Part shown: piece after piece, positions 10,050 to 19,554 of the stretch
Position numbering within the stretch: the stretch's first letter is position 1
How the letters are laid out: each line of letters opens with the position of its first letter
Assembly: GCA_964350815.1 (NCBI GenBank)
Contig: CAYGKW010000002.1
Location: 24,447 to 88,446 of the forward strand
From: an uncultured Rhizobiaceae bacterium
GTDB lineage: Bacteria > Pseudomonadota > Alphaproteobacteria > UBA7879 > VGCX01
Direction: 5' to 3'
DNA length: 64,000 bases
The notes under the pieces: model-generated
The model's database searches: none
Seen by the model: only the letters and a program-made list of their open reading frames with translations
What the model was told of the DNA's origin: nothing
Position numbers and translations under genes: made by a program

Positions 10050-11573
10050 ATGGGAACGGCTATGGTTAAATATATTTTAGGACTTTTTCTTTTTATTTTT
10101 TCTTATTCAAATATAGCAGGGGCTGAAAAGGAAAATCCTGTGTTAACAAATGGGTGGTACCAATGGTCACCGTATCAATATACAGTTGAAAATGAAGGGT
10201 TAAAAACCTTAACTGGTCTGGATGTTATCCTTGTACGAAAATTAACAGAAAAAACTGGTAGGGAAGTGAATTATTTACCGGCCAGCTGGAAAGATCACCA
10301 AGATCAACTACGTGCAGGAACAAAGGATTTTGCAGCTGGGGCCACTTACACAGACCCGCGGGCTGAATTTGTTCATTTCTCAGAGCCTTATCGTTTCGAA
10401 GAAAATTCCATGTTTACGCTTTGGGAAAATGCCGGTGCTTTGAATTTTTCAAACATTCCTGAATTTATTAAAGAACTTAAAGAAAACCAGTTTAAGTTAG
10501 CCGTGATTGATGGATTTATTTATGCAGATCCAAAACTGAATGAGTATATTGCAGATCCTGAAAATGCGGACCTAATCGTAAAAACCAAAGATGATTTTGA
10601 AAGTATGCAATTGTTATTAAAGGGCGAAGTTCAAGGCTTTTTGGCAGATAAAACAGTCGGGGCAAACATGGTTTGGAAAACCCAGAAAGGGGCGGAAATA
10701 ACAGAAGTTCCTTTAAATATTAAAGTTCCCATTCGTTTTATGTTTTCCAAAAAATCTGTCCCTATCAGTGTTGTGGAAGAATTTAACCAGGCCATTAAAG
10801 AATATGTTGGATCAAGTGAATACAATACAATTGTGACAGAGTACTTGGCCCCAGTTATGTTTTTGAAGACGGTTGATTCCCCTTGGTTTAGAGTTGTTGA
10901 AATTATTGGAACCATCGCGTTTGCCTTGTCTGGTGTAATGATTGCTTTCCAACAAAGGGCCACTTTACTGGCAGCCTTCTTGTTTGCTTTTTTGCCTTCA
11001 TTTGGGGGAGGAATTGCCCGGGACGTCTTATTTGGTATTGCCCCCGTTTATATCTTAAGGGCCCCGGTTTATTTCTTAACAGTTGGGGGAATTGTTATAG
11101 CCGCATACTTAATTTCCCACTTTGCAGGAAATAAAATTTCTAGGTTCTTTGATAGTTTAATTCCCAATAAACTGAAGAAAAGAAAAGATAATTTTTACCT
11201 AGTTTTAACAGATTCTATGGGGCTTGCGGCCTTTACAGTTTCCGGTGTGTTTGTAACGCTTGTCGCCAAAGTTGAACCCTTTTGGTTATGGGCACCATTC
11301 TTCGCCCTTTTGACAAGTGTCGCTGGTGGGATTGTGCGTGATATTGTTGCAAGACGCGATAAAATTGTTGCCTTTACAGGGGCGCCTTACGGGGAATGGG
11401 CAATTGTTTGGGGTTTTGCATTTTCAATGTATCTTTATTTTAATGCCATCAATATTTCCCAAGAAATTGTTGCCCAAGGTATTATCGTAACAATTTTGGG
11501 TGTCTTTTTCAGCAGAGTCACAGTGTATCTTTTGAATATAAATAACATTACGTTCAAGGATATTAACAAATAG
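10050..11573 (+). CDS. Fusion of family-3 solute-binding domain and TRIC/UPF0126 membrane domain
   Basis: N-term WSPYQY...GLDV...RAEFVHFSEPY (SBP3); C-term GTIAFALSG, GGGIARD, DSMGLAAF, AGGIVRD (duplicated UPF0126 motifs). Confidence 0.85.
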   Translation: MGTAMVKYILGLFLFIFSYSNIAGAEKENPVLTNGWYQWSPYQYTVENEGLKTLTGLDVILVRKLTEKTGREVNYLPASWKDHQDQLRAGTKDFAAGATYTDPRAEFVHFSEPYRFEENSMFTLWENAGALNFSNIPEFIKELKENQFKLAVIDGFIYADPKLNEYIADPENADLIVKTKDDFESMQLLLKGEVQGFLADKTVGANMVWKTQKGAEITEVPLNIKVPIRFMFSKKSVPISVVEEFNQAIKEYVGSSEYNTIVTEYLAPVMFLKTVDSPWFRVVEIIGTIAFALSGVMIAFQQRATLLAAFLFAFLPSFGGGIARDVLFGIAPVYILRAPVYFLTVGGIVIAAYLISHFAGNKISRFFDSLIPNKLKKRKDNFYLVLTDSMGLAAFTVSGVFVTLVAKVEPFWLWAPFFALLTSVAGGIVRDIVARRDKIVAFTGAPYGEWAIVWGFAFSMYLYFNAINISQEIVAQGIIVTILGVFFSRVTVYLLNINNITFKDINK

Positions 11574-11616
11574 AATAAGTTATTTTTAGAAAAATATAAA
11601 TTTTTCAACCTGAAAA

Positions 11617-11664
11617 ATAGCCCCTGGTGTAATAGGTTAAATCCCTAAATACATCAGGGGTTAT
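11617..11664 (+). promoter_or_regulatory. Inverted repeat/hairpin covering the RBS and start codon of the FAD-LRR gene
   Basis: ATAGCCCCTGGTGTA (11617-11631) pairs with TACATCAGGGGTTAT (11650-11664) with two G-U pairs. Confidence 0.55.
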
Positions 11665-14101
11665 GGCTTTTTTATATAAATTTTTAATTTTATTCAGTTT
11701 TCTTGTTTTCACAAAGTCTGTTTATGCGTCTGCCTTATCAGAAGGGATTGGGGCTAAAGAAGAGGCAGAAAAACCTTTTAGATTGAAAAGAGCAAGAAGT
11801 TTTGAAATAGAATATAATCCACCAGAAAATCTTAAAATTGTAATCATTGGTGGGGGATATACAGGCATGTTATCTGCCGTTGTTTTAAGACAAATTATTC
11901 CTGATGCTGAAATTATTTTAATAGAAAAAGAACAACATCTTTTGACAGGGGCAAGCCTAACCCCCGGCCGATTGCATTTGGGGGGAGAATATCCTTTAGA
12001 TCCAGAAACATCTGTTAGTTGTCTATGGGGGGCTTTTCTTTTAAAGCAAATGCTTGGGGACACGATTCTAACAAAGGTGCCTGCAGCACAATATCTTGTT
12101 GCAAAAGATTTGGATGCCTCTGGACTAACTGTAGCACAGCAAAAGGAAGCTTATGAAAGAAATATAAAAGCTGTTTATCAAGATGTTTATGATAGGTTTT
12201 ATGAAAAATCACCTCATAAAGAAGATTTTTTTGGTCCCCCTGAAGATTTGTTGAGGGATATGTCTGTTGATGAAATGCCTAGCACCCATTTTGTTGGAGG
12301 GGTTGAAGTCAAAGAGCATGGAATTCATCCAATAAAAATGGCGGCTGCTTTGAAACATCTTGTATGTTTTTCAGATGTTAGGGTTATGACAGATACAGAA
12401 GTATTAAGGGTTAAGAATGAGGGTGGTTGGATATTAAATACGAATAGAGGTGGAATTACTGCAGATTTTGTTGTTAATGCCACTTGGCAAGAAATTTATA
12501 ACTTAGATAAGGCTGCGCAATCTTCAGCAAAAGCAGGTAAATTAGGGGGGCTTTCCCCTGTAATGTCACCGCCCACTGCTGAATATCATATTTTTTCTCG
12601 GGCTATGTTAATAGTGGATACGGCACAAGAAGGGGCAGGTGCGGCTGCGGCAAGCTCTTCATTCTCCTCCTCAACTGCAGCTGCTGTGCCATCTGATGGG
12701 GAAGCTTTGGCTGAGGAGAGTGATCTTCGAGCTTATTTTGGTCTTCTAGGAAGTAAGGGGGGCATGTTTAGTGCAGTAAATCGAAGTACAGCCCTTCTTT
12801 ATTGGCCAGATGAAAAAGGGTCATATGTGGCAGGAACAAGGCTTGGGGGGTCAAGAACTTTATCCGCGCCTGCCTTCATGAGACTTATGTATGGAGCAAA
12901 AGAAGAAGAGAAAACTCCGGGTGATATTAGTGCAAGAATTCTGACTGATTTAAAAGAAAAATACCCAAAATTGGCTGGAGCAAAACCCTTAAGGTTGGTT
13001 GTAAGGGAAACATTATCACATGGACCAGATTTGGATAAACGCCCCCCAATTCCTGTCGTGGAAAAAGAAAAAGGGTGGATAAGTGCCCTATCAACAAAAG
13101 CAACATTTTCTGCAATAACCGCTTTAAATGTTGCAAAAATAATTCTTTCCCACGTCGAAGGATCCGAGGAAGAAGAGGATGATAAAGAAGCAGTTCCTAA
13201 AGCAGCAAAAATAGCTAAAAAAACTGTAGTGAGTTTTGCAGACAATGCATTCTTTTTAAACCTTAAATCTTCTCCATCGCCTGAAACATGGATTCTTCCA
13301 GAAGAATTAAGATTTTCAGAAATGTTGTTAGATTTAGAAGACCGTAGCTTTATTCAAGATGCTTATCAAAGAAGGCTCCCCATTGCTATGGCAATGGACG
13401 GTGTGATGTGGCCCACACTAACGCCTGCAAAAGAAGCAGAAACATTTGTAAAAACTTTGCCAGAAGTCGTTGATCTTGCAGCAGTTGATTTGGATTCCGG
13501 AGAAAAAGAAGTTCTTATAGACTACATTGGATTACCAGGTTCAGCTGTTCAATTATTAAACCTAAGCTATGTCAGATTCACCCAACCTGAAATGGTGGAT
13601 TTTATAAAAGCCTTAGCTTCTAATACCTCTTTAAAAAAGATAGTTCTTAGGGGAATGGGATTAATGGGGGAACCCCTTTCCTCTGTTCTAGAAGTTTTAA
13701 AAACAAAAGAAATTGAATTTTTAGATCTTAGCCTTAACTCTATTGATACTCAATCTAGGGGCGCAAGAGGTAAAAATTTATTGGATATTCATGAATTTAT
13801 AACAGCTGTTCCAAATAGTTTGAATACATTTGTAATAGAAGGTATGGGAATCAAAGAAAAGGACACTGGAATTTTAATGGGGGCAGCCCATGAAAGAAAA
13901 AGCATGGGCAAGCATTCTATTGATATAAAAATAACTGCCCCAAGTTTTGGTGATGATATGGTTATATCGGTAAGGGGATTAACAGTGCCAGAAAGAATGG
14001 GTCTGGCTAGGCAGTTCAGTCTTTCTTTAGAGTCAGATGCGGCCCTCCCAGGAAGTAGTCCTCCTGCAGAAGGCCTTTCTTCTTTAGGGATTGATGAATA
14101 G
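11663..14101 (+). CDS. Secreted FAD-dependent oxidoreductase with C-terminal RNI-like LRRs
   Basis: Signal peptide; IVIIGGGYTG...IILIEKE Rossmann motif; GASLTPGRLHLGGEYP; C-terminal VQLLNLSY, LKKIVLRG, IEFLDLSLNSI LRRs. Confidence 0.8.
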   Translation: MAFLYKFLILFSFLVFTKSVYASALSEGIGAKEEAEKPFRLKRARSFEIEYNPPENLKIVIIGGGYTGMLSAVVLRQIIPDAEIILIEKEQHLLTGASLTPGRLHLGGEYPLDPETSVSCLWGAFLLKQMLGDTILTKVPAAQYLVAKDLDASGLTVAQQKEAYERNIKAVYQDVYDRFYEKSPHKEDFFGPPEDLLRDMSVDEMPSTHFVGGVEVKEHGIHPIKMAAALKHLVCFSDVRVMTDTEVLRVKNEGGWILNTNRGGITADFVVNATWQEIYNLDKAAQSSAKAGKLGGLSPVMSPPTAEYHIFSRAMLIVDTAQEGAGAAAASSSFSSSTAAAVPSDGEALAEESDLRAYFGLLGSKGGMFSAVNRSTALLYWPDEKGSYVAGTRLGGSRTLSAPAFMRLMYGAKEEEKTPGDISARILTDLKEKYPKLAGAKPLRLVVRETLSHGPDLDKRPPIPVVEKEKGWISALSTKATFSAITALNVAKIILSHVEGSEEEEDDKEAVPKAAKIAKKTVVSFADNAFFLNLKSSPSPETWILPEELRFSEMLLDLEDRSFIQDAYQRRLPIAMAMDGVMWPTLTPAKEAETFVKTLPEVVDLAAVDLDSGEKEVLIDYIGLPGSAVQLLNLSYVRFTQPEMVDFIKALASNTSLKKIVLRGMGLMGEPLSSVLEVLKTKEIEFLDLSLNSIDTQSRGARGKNLLDIHEFITAVPNSLNTFVIEGMGIKEKDTGILMGAAHERKSMGKHSIDIKITAPSFGDDMVISVRGLTVPERMGLARQFSLSLESDAALPGSSPPAEGLSSLGIDE

Positions 14102-14440
14102 GTGTTTTAATCTTTTTAAAATAAAGCCCCCTGCCGGTAAGTTTTTTAAGTAAAGGCTTTCTAAGAATTTTAAATTAAAAGGGGTTTCTTGCTTTACCCA
14201 CAGCTGTAGCATTTCCAAAAGGACAGGATCTTTTTTTAGCAATTCTACAATACGTATTATATCTTTTTTGCCTATGTCTTGATTGGAAAAAAAGTTAGCA
14301 AAAGCATTTGCTTTAATTTCTTTATGTTCAAAAAGACCGATATCCAGAAAATTAAAAATTAAGGCCTTATAAAAATAATCTGAATGTTCTTTAAATTGGT
14401 AATTTTCTTTTTTAAGTAATTTTGTCATTTTATCCTCCAT
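14084..14440 (-). CDS. Hypothetical protein divergent from the LuxR-type gene
   Basis: 118-aa ORF; GGAGG precedes second ATG (MTKLL); no recognised motif. Confidence 0.5.
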   Translation of the reverse strand: MEDKMTKLLKKENYQFKEHSDYFYKALIFNFLDIGLFEHKEIKANAFANFFSNQDIGKKDIIRIVELLKKDPVLLEMLQLWVKQETPFNLKFLESLYLKNLPAGGFILKRLKHLFINP

Positions 14441-14571
14441 TTATAAGTTTATCATCCCCCATTTTTTAATGACCTACTATCCGTATAAATTCCGGGTTAA
14501 GGGGATTTAAGGATTGAAACATCAATAATTTTCAACCAAAAATTATCGTTTGGCCAGGTTATGCTTTTTAC

Positions 14572-15399
14572 ATGCAGAATAAAAAAACATATGAAAAAAC
14601 AATTACGCATAGTTCTTTTTTAAAGCAGGTTTGCAAACCCTTATTTGATACTTTCAATCTAACTAACTTTGGGTATAAGAAAGTGACCCAGGATGGCAAA
14701 TATATATTCTTATCCACGAATGAAGAATGGTTGAAATTTCATTATCAAAATATAGGCGGGCACGGCACCTTTTTTAAAGGGGCAATGGAAAGATCACAAA
14801 AAATTGGATTTGAAAGAACTATATGGCCTATAGAACCAAAAGATGATTTTCTGCAAGCCCTTTTTGAACATAACATGAATAACGGAATAAACTTTTACAG
14901 GGCAGATGGCAACGATATAGATTTGTGGACTTTTTCAACAGAAAAAACTTCCCACCAACACCCCAATAGTTATGTAGAAATTCTAAATTATTTAGAAAAA
15001 TTTATTGTTTATTTTAATGGGATTGCTTCTGAAATAATAAAAGAATGCAAAGAGGATGATTATGCAACATTAGCCGGAGAAGTTGGCCTAGAAAAAGCGT
15101 TTTCAATTGGGGATGTAAACAAGAAAAAAGAAAAAATAGAAAACTTTAATAATTTTTTGGAAAATACATCAATTATTATTGAGGGTGAAGAAGGCCCAGT
15201 GTCTTTGACAAAAAGGCAAAGGCAATGTTTGGAAAAGCTATGTTACGGTAAAACAGCAAAGGAAATCGCCCGCGATTTAGATATTTCAGCACGCACAGTT
15301 GAAGAACACTTAGACATCGTTAAACAAAAAGGCGGCTTTTCAACAAAATCTGAATTGATTTGCCAATTTTACAAAGCTTTAATGGTTAAAGGTTTTTAA
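14572..15399 (+). CDS. LuxR/GerE-type HTH transcriptional regulator with uncharacterised N-terminal domain
   Basis: LTKRQRQCLEKLCYGKTAKEIARDLDISARTVEEHLDIVKQK. Confidence 0.88.
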   Translation: MQNKKTYEKTITHSSFLKQVCKPLFDTFNLTNFGYKKVTQDGKYIFLSTNEEWLKFHYQNIGGHGTFFKGAMERSQKIGFERTIWPIEPKDDFLQALFEHNMNNGINFYRADGNDIDLWTFSTEKTSHQHPNSYVEILNYLEKFIVYFNGIASEIIKECKEDDYATLAGEVGLEKAFSIGDVNKKKEKIENFNNFLENTSIIIEGEEGPVSLTKRQRQCLEKLCYGKTAKEIARDLDISARTVEEHLDIVKQKGGFSTKSELICQFYKALMVKGF

Positions 15400-17267
15400 C
15401 CTTCTTCCAACTTAAAAAAGTTAAGGGGGTTAATTCGTTCAGGCATGACTGTAAAGTCTAAGTATATTTCAACCGCATTATCTTTGTCTTCCCTGCGTTT
15501 GACAGGGGACGCAAAGCGTAATTTAAAGTCACCATAATCTGTACCATATTCAACCCCACCACCAACACTCCATAATAATGCGGTAGAGAAATCTGGATAC
15601 TGACGGGCATAGGCCGTTCCCCAAGTCATAAACCCAACTAGGGATAGTTCATCAGTAAGATAACTTTTGATCTGTGTTCCAGCATTAAGCATAGAGCGCC
15701 CACCAATAGGGGTGTTAGAAGAATCAAGTGGTCCTGCCATTTGGAATTTATAGCCTGGAACACTGCCTGCCCCACCAGGGTAGTAAAGTTTATGTTTAGG
15801 GATAACATTATTACCAGCCCCTGGTGACATTCCGATAACCCCCCATGCACCAAAGACAACTGAATCATCTGACGTAACAGGCAAATATATTTCAGGCTTA
15901 ATTCGTGCTTGCATATAGGTGTTTAATTTTCCAAAAACTGACATGTATGGCAGTATATCTGCCTTAAGCTTGAATCCTTTGCGGGGCTTTTTACCCCCCC
16001 TTACACGTGAAAAATATAACCCCATAGGAGTTCCAAGTATCCGATGGCTTACTTCTTTATTATCTTTTTTTACATTATTGATTTCAAAAGAAACGCCGGT
16101 TTGTCCCAGTAGGTAATAGTAAAATGGATACTGAAGTATGGCATATGAATCAAACCCGTTTTTTGTATATCCTGGGTAATCTTCTTTTCCGGCCTTCATT
16201 TTAATAACGGCATCTAAATTAAGTGTTTCCATAAAATCAGGCAAGACAAGACCTGCTTCGCCTAATTTACGGTTTTGGCCAAACTGTGCACCAATATTCA
16301 AGGTTTCCCCATTACCAAATAAGTTACGTTGTTCCCATCCGACTTTTGCAACACCTTCCAGTTTTCGTTCATGTGTGTAGCCTAAGATAAGTTCCCCTTC
16401 GTTAAGGCCATCCATATAAATATAAATATCCACCATGTCATCTTCATTAACTTGATCATCAGGTGTGATTTTTACAGATTTAAACAGGCGCGTGTTATTC
16501 AAAGCTTGGATGCTTCGAATAATTTTTTCTTGGCTAAAGATATCCCCTTTGCGCCAAGCCAGGCGGCTTTTTACAAATTCTGCATCAATGCCCTTTTCGG
16601 CGCGTTGAATAACGATATTCCCAAATCTTGCTAAAGGCCCAGTAGAAACCATAATTGCTGTATATAATTTCTTACTTTCACGGTCGATAACATGGTGATC
16701 TTTTTTTATCTCTGCAAAGGGATATCCGCGGTCTTTTAAAAATTCAAGAATTTTTTCTGAGGCCTTATCAATCTGTTGTTTGATTGCGGGCTGTCCAACC
16801 CGGATGCCAAGGCGCTGAATATCATTTGAAATTATTTTCACCTGCCTATCATCTTCAGGCTCTGATTTTATTTTAAAAGACCCAAGGGTATATTGTTGCC
16901 CCAAAGTTACCTTAAGATAAACAAGGACAGGGTCAACACGAATATCAACAAAAAAATCAAATTCTGCATCGTAATACCCTTGTTCCCCCATCAGTTTTTG
17001 CAATTCAGTCATGTCGCGAATCGCAATGTTTTTAATTTCTTTGACTGTCGAGGGTGGGTTTGACTGTCCTTTCAATAAAGTAGAATTTTCAGCAATAATT
17101 TTTCTTATGTTTGGATCATCAACACCGTAGACAATGGTTTTATAGGGAATGAATGCGGATGGAGGCATAACGCGTGCGTAGGCGGAATGTCCTATGGAAT
17201 TGAATAATATTCCCAGGGTGAAAAACAAAACCTGTAAATTTAACCGAGTGCGCAATTTCCCTGCCAT
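15396..17267 (-). CDS. Omp85 family, TamA-like outer membrane assembly protein
   Basis: POTRA motifs (QGYYDA, RGYPFA, TRLFKSV), RNLFGNGETL, loop-6 GGAGSVPGY, PIGGRS; 623 aa. Confidence 0.85.
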   Translation of the reverse strand: MAGKLRTRLNLQVLFFTLGILFNSIGHSAYARVMPPSAFIPYKTIVYGVDDPNIRKIIAENSTLLKGQSNPPSTVKEIKNIAIRDMTELQKLMGEQGYYDAEFDFFVDIRVDPVLVYLKVTLGQQYTLGSFKIKSEPEDDRQVKIISNDIQRLGIRVGQPAIKQQIDKASEKILEFLKDRGYPFAEIKKDHHVIDRESKKLYTAIMVSTGPLARFGNIVIQRAEKGIDAEFVKSRLAWRKGDIFSQEKIIRSIQALNNTRLFKSVKITPDDQVNEDDMVDIYIYMDGLNEGELILGYTHERKLEGVAKVGWEQRNLFGNGETLNIGAQFGQNRKLGEAGLVLPDFMETLNLDAVIKMKAGKEDYPGYTKNGFDSYAILQYPFYYYLLGQTGVSFEINNVKKDNKEVSHRILGTPMGLYFSRVRGGKKPRKGFKLKADILPYMSVFGKLNTYMQARIKPEIYLPVTSDDSVVFGAWGVIGMSPGAGNNVIPKHKLYYPGGAGSVPGYKFQMAGPLDSSNTPIGGRSMLNAGTQIKSYLTDELSLVGFMTWGTAYARQYPDFSTALLWSVGGGVEYGTDYGDFKLRFASPVKRREDKDNAVEIYLDFTVMPERINPLNFFKLEEG

Positions 17268-17451
17268 TCTAAATAATTATATAATCATAAGCCTATCATA
17301 ACTTAATAAAGTGAATAAAGGAAAAAATATATAAAAATCAATAATCTATAGCCGAGAATTTATAACTTTGTTAGGCGTTACTGCATCACTTGTGTGCCAT
17401 TTGCACGTCTTGCTTCTTATACCTACAACAAAATTAAAATGCTCTAGCTAT

Positions 17452-17502
17452 AGGAGTGTTTCAAGAATGACTTTATATAGATATGTAAAAGAAAAAGAAT
17501 AA
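17452..17502 (+). pseudogene. Probable 3' remnant of a resolvase/invertase HTH
   Basis: Reads RSVSRMTLYRYVKEKE*, similar to the GVSRxTLYRY end of Hin/TnpR-type HTH domains; no upstream ORF. Confidence 0.4.
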
Positions 17503-17545
17503 AACCACTTGAACCATACCGTATTACGTAATAAATTAAACTGCG

Positions 17546-17752
17546 GTAATAAGCTTTAAATGTAAAGAAACAGAAAAAATATGGAAAAGCCAATTTTCTC
17601 GTAAATTGCCTAGGGATATTCAAGAAGTTTCCTTAAGAAAGTTAAGGTTAATTGAGGTATCTTTACAAATAGATAATTTGAGAAGATCTCCTAACAATAG
17701 GCTTGAGGTATTGAAGGGAAAAAGAAAAAGTCAATACAGTAAGAATAGTTGA
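17546..17752 (+). pseudogene. higB: HigB (RelE superfamily, plasmid-killer type) toxin remnant
   Basis: VISFKCKETEKIWKSQFSRKLPRDIQEVSLRKLRLIEVSLQIDNLRRSPNNRLEVLKGKRKSQYS then frameshift/stop before the expected IRIN.QWR; start codon reads GTA; no higA follows. Confidence 0.8.
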
Positions 17753-18077
17753 GTTTTTAACCTGGGACTTGCTTATTATATTAATTTTATTAAACTTTCT
17801 TAACTATTTTAGATCCCTTTCAGTCTCTCAATAAAATAACAACACTTTTATCATTCTAGTTTTGTTTATGGCAGACGTTTGTTTAACATTGTTGATATCA
17901 AAAATAGGGCAGTGATCAATAATTATTCCTATTATCTGTATAGTTTAAGTACATCCTTAAACTAGGTTTTTTCTTTGGTTGAGTAAAAAAGTAGAGGAAT
18001 TAATAATTATTTTTCTAAATAAATTGTAAATTTGTCAGTTTTTAATGATAATGTAATAATAACAGGAATATTAAAGA

Positions 18078-19349
18078 ATGATTTCATTTGTTAAAAAAAA
18101 TTACATAGAATTATTATGGGGAAGTCTTTACTTTTTAGGAGGGGGGTGGTTTTTAAAAAACGAGCTTATTGATGACCCTTTAGAAAACCCTATCCTTTTA
18201 AGCCATATTTCCGTTTTACTAGGGTGGGTTGTCAGTTTCAGTTTCATTTTTAAAAATAGGATAGCAGATAACATATTAAAAAATCTATTTTTCCCTGTAT
18301 TTTCTGTTTCTATATGTATCATTGTTGGGCGTATGCTTTTTGATTTTGATGCCTCAGGGCCTTGGATTTTAGAGTACAGAAAGGTTGCTGCAGATTATGC
18401 TAAGCCAGAAACTTACAGGATTGCAGACTTCTTATTTCATTACCTTTATCCCATTGGTTATGCCAACCTTTTTAAAAATAATCACACCCGCATGACAAGG
18501 ATCTTCTATAATAAATCTATACGATATATATTAGTTCAATACATACTTCCTTCAATTGGTTTTTTACTATGGATGTTAGCCATGATATTCATAGAACATA
18601 AGAGTTTTAATGAGATCTATTATACAAAAAACATCCACTTTATGCAGGTGTTTTTGATCACCTTGTTTGTGCCTCTTGCTTTAACTTTACCGTTGCAAAT
18701 AAGTATGGTTCATAAGAAAGATAAAATGGATTTTAATCCTTACTATAAAGGATTAATATTAACAGGATGCTTGTTAATATGTTTATTATCCTTATTTATA
18801 TATAAGCCGATCAGTCTACATGAAAATATAATATTTATTAGTTCTTTTGCCATCTCTATACTTTTATCTTTGAGACTTCTAACAGTGTTTTCAGATGAAA
18901 AATACTTTGTTATTTTGCCGGTTATTTTATCTGTTAACATCTTTTCTTTTTTTATTAATGAATTTCATTTCTGGTCCACAGGAGGGACTGAAGACGTATA
19001 CATACTAAACTTATGGGATATAGCCTCCCCAGTTTCCATTGGGCTTCACTATGTTATAAAAACCATATATTATGCAATTAATATTATAGGATTTTATATT
19101 TATTACTGCTTTTTAGATCAAAAGGTTCTTTACGACAGGATTGGCAAAATCCCTCACTATTTTTTAAAATTGATCTTTTTCAACATAGTTATCTTTGGCC
19201 TCCTGTTTTCGATAGGGGTGTTTGATCGATATGATCTTAAAAATACTCACTTAGATTATCTATATTTTATATTAGGGATGATACTCTCCATTGAACTTAC
19301 CCTTCCGTTAAGACAAATGACACTTCTAAAATTAAAGCTGAAGAAATAG
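18078..19349 (+). CDS. Polytopic membrane protein, AT-rich, function unknown
   Basis: 423 aa, many hydrophobic segments; DFLFHYLYP motif. Confidence 0.7.
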   Translation: MISFVKKNYIELLWGSLYFLGGGWFLKNELIDDPLENPILLSHISVLLGWVVSFSFIFKNRIADNILKNLFFPVFSVSICIIVGRMLFDFDASGPWILEYRKVAADYAKPETYRIADFLFHYLYPIGYANLFKNNHTRMTRIFYNKSIRYILVQYILPSIGFLLWMLAMIFIEHKSFNEIYYTKNIHFMQVFLITLFVPLALTLPLQISMVHKKDKMDFNPYYKGLILTGCLLICLLSLFIYKPISLHENIIFISSFAISILLSLRLLTVFSDEKYFVILPVILSVNIFSFFINEFHFWSTGGTEDVYILNLWDIASPVSIGLHYVIKTIYYAINIIGFYIYYCFLDQKVLYDRIGKIPHYFLKLIFFNIVIFGLLFSIGVFDRYDLKNTHLDYLYFILGMILSIELTLPLRQMTLLKLKLKK

Positions 19350-19554
19350 AATATTATTGTCTCCGTTTAATTATTGATAATAAAATAGCATGTATATATG
19401 TTATATATTTTTTAACAAGGGAAATATAGAATTTTTTACTATTAATAATAAATCATTTAGATTAGTCTAAATGAAATTAATTCAATAATAACCTTTAAAT
19501 ATTTTAAATCATTTCTTATATTATTAATATATAAAATTTAGAGGAATTTTATTT

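Noticed and set aside
14497-14510. CtrA box (TTAA-N7-TTAA)
   Set aside because: Spacing is 6 nt, and TTAA is frequent in this AT-rich DNA
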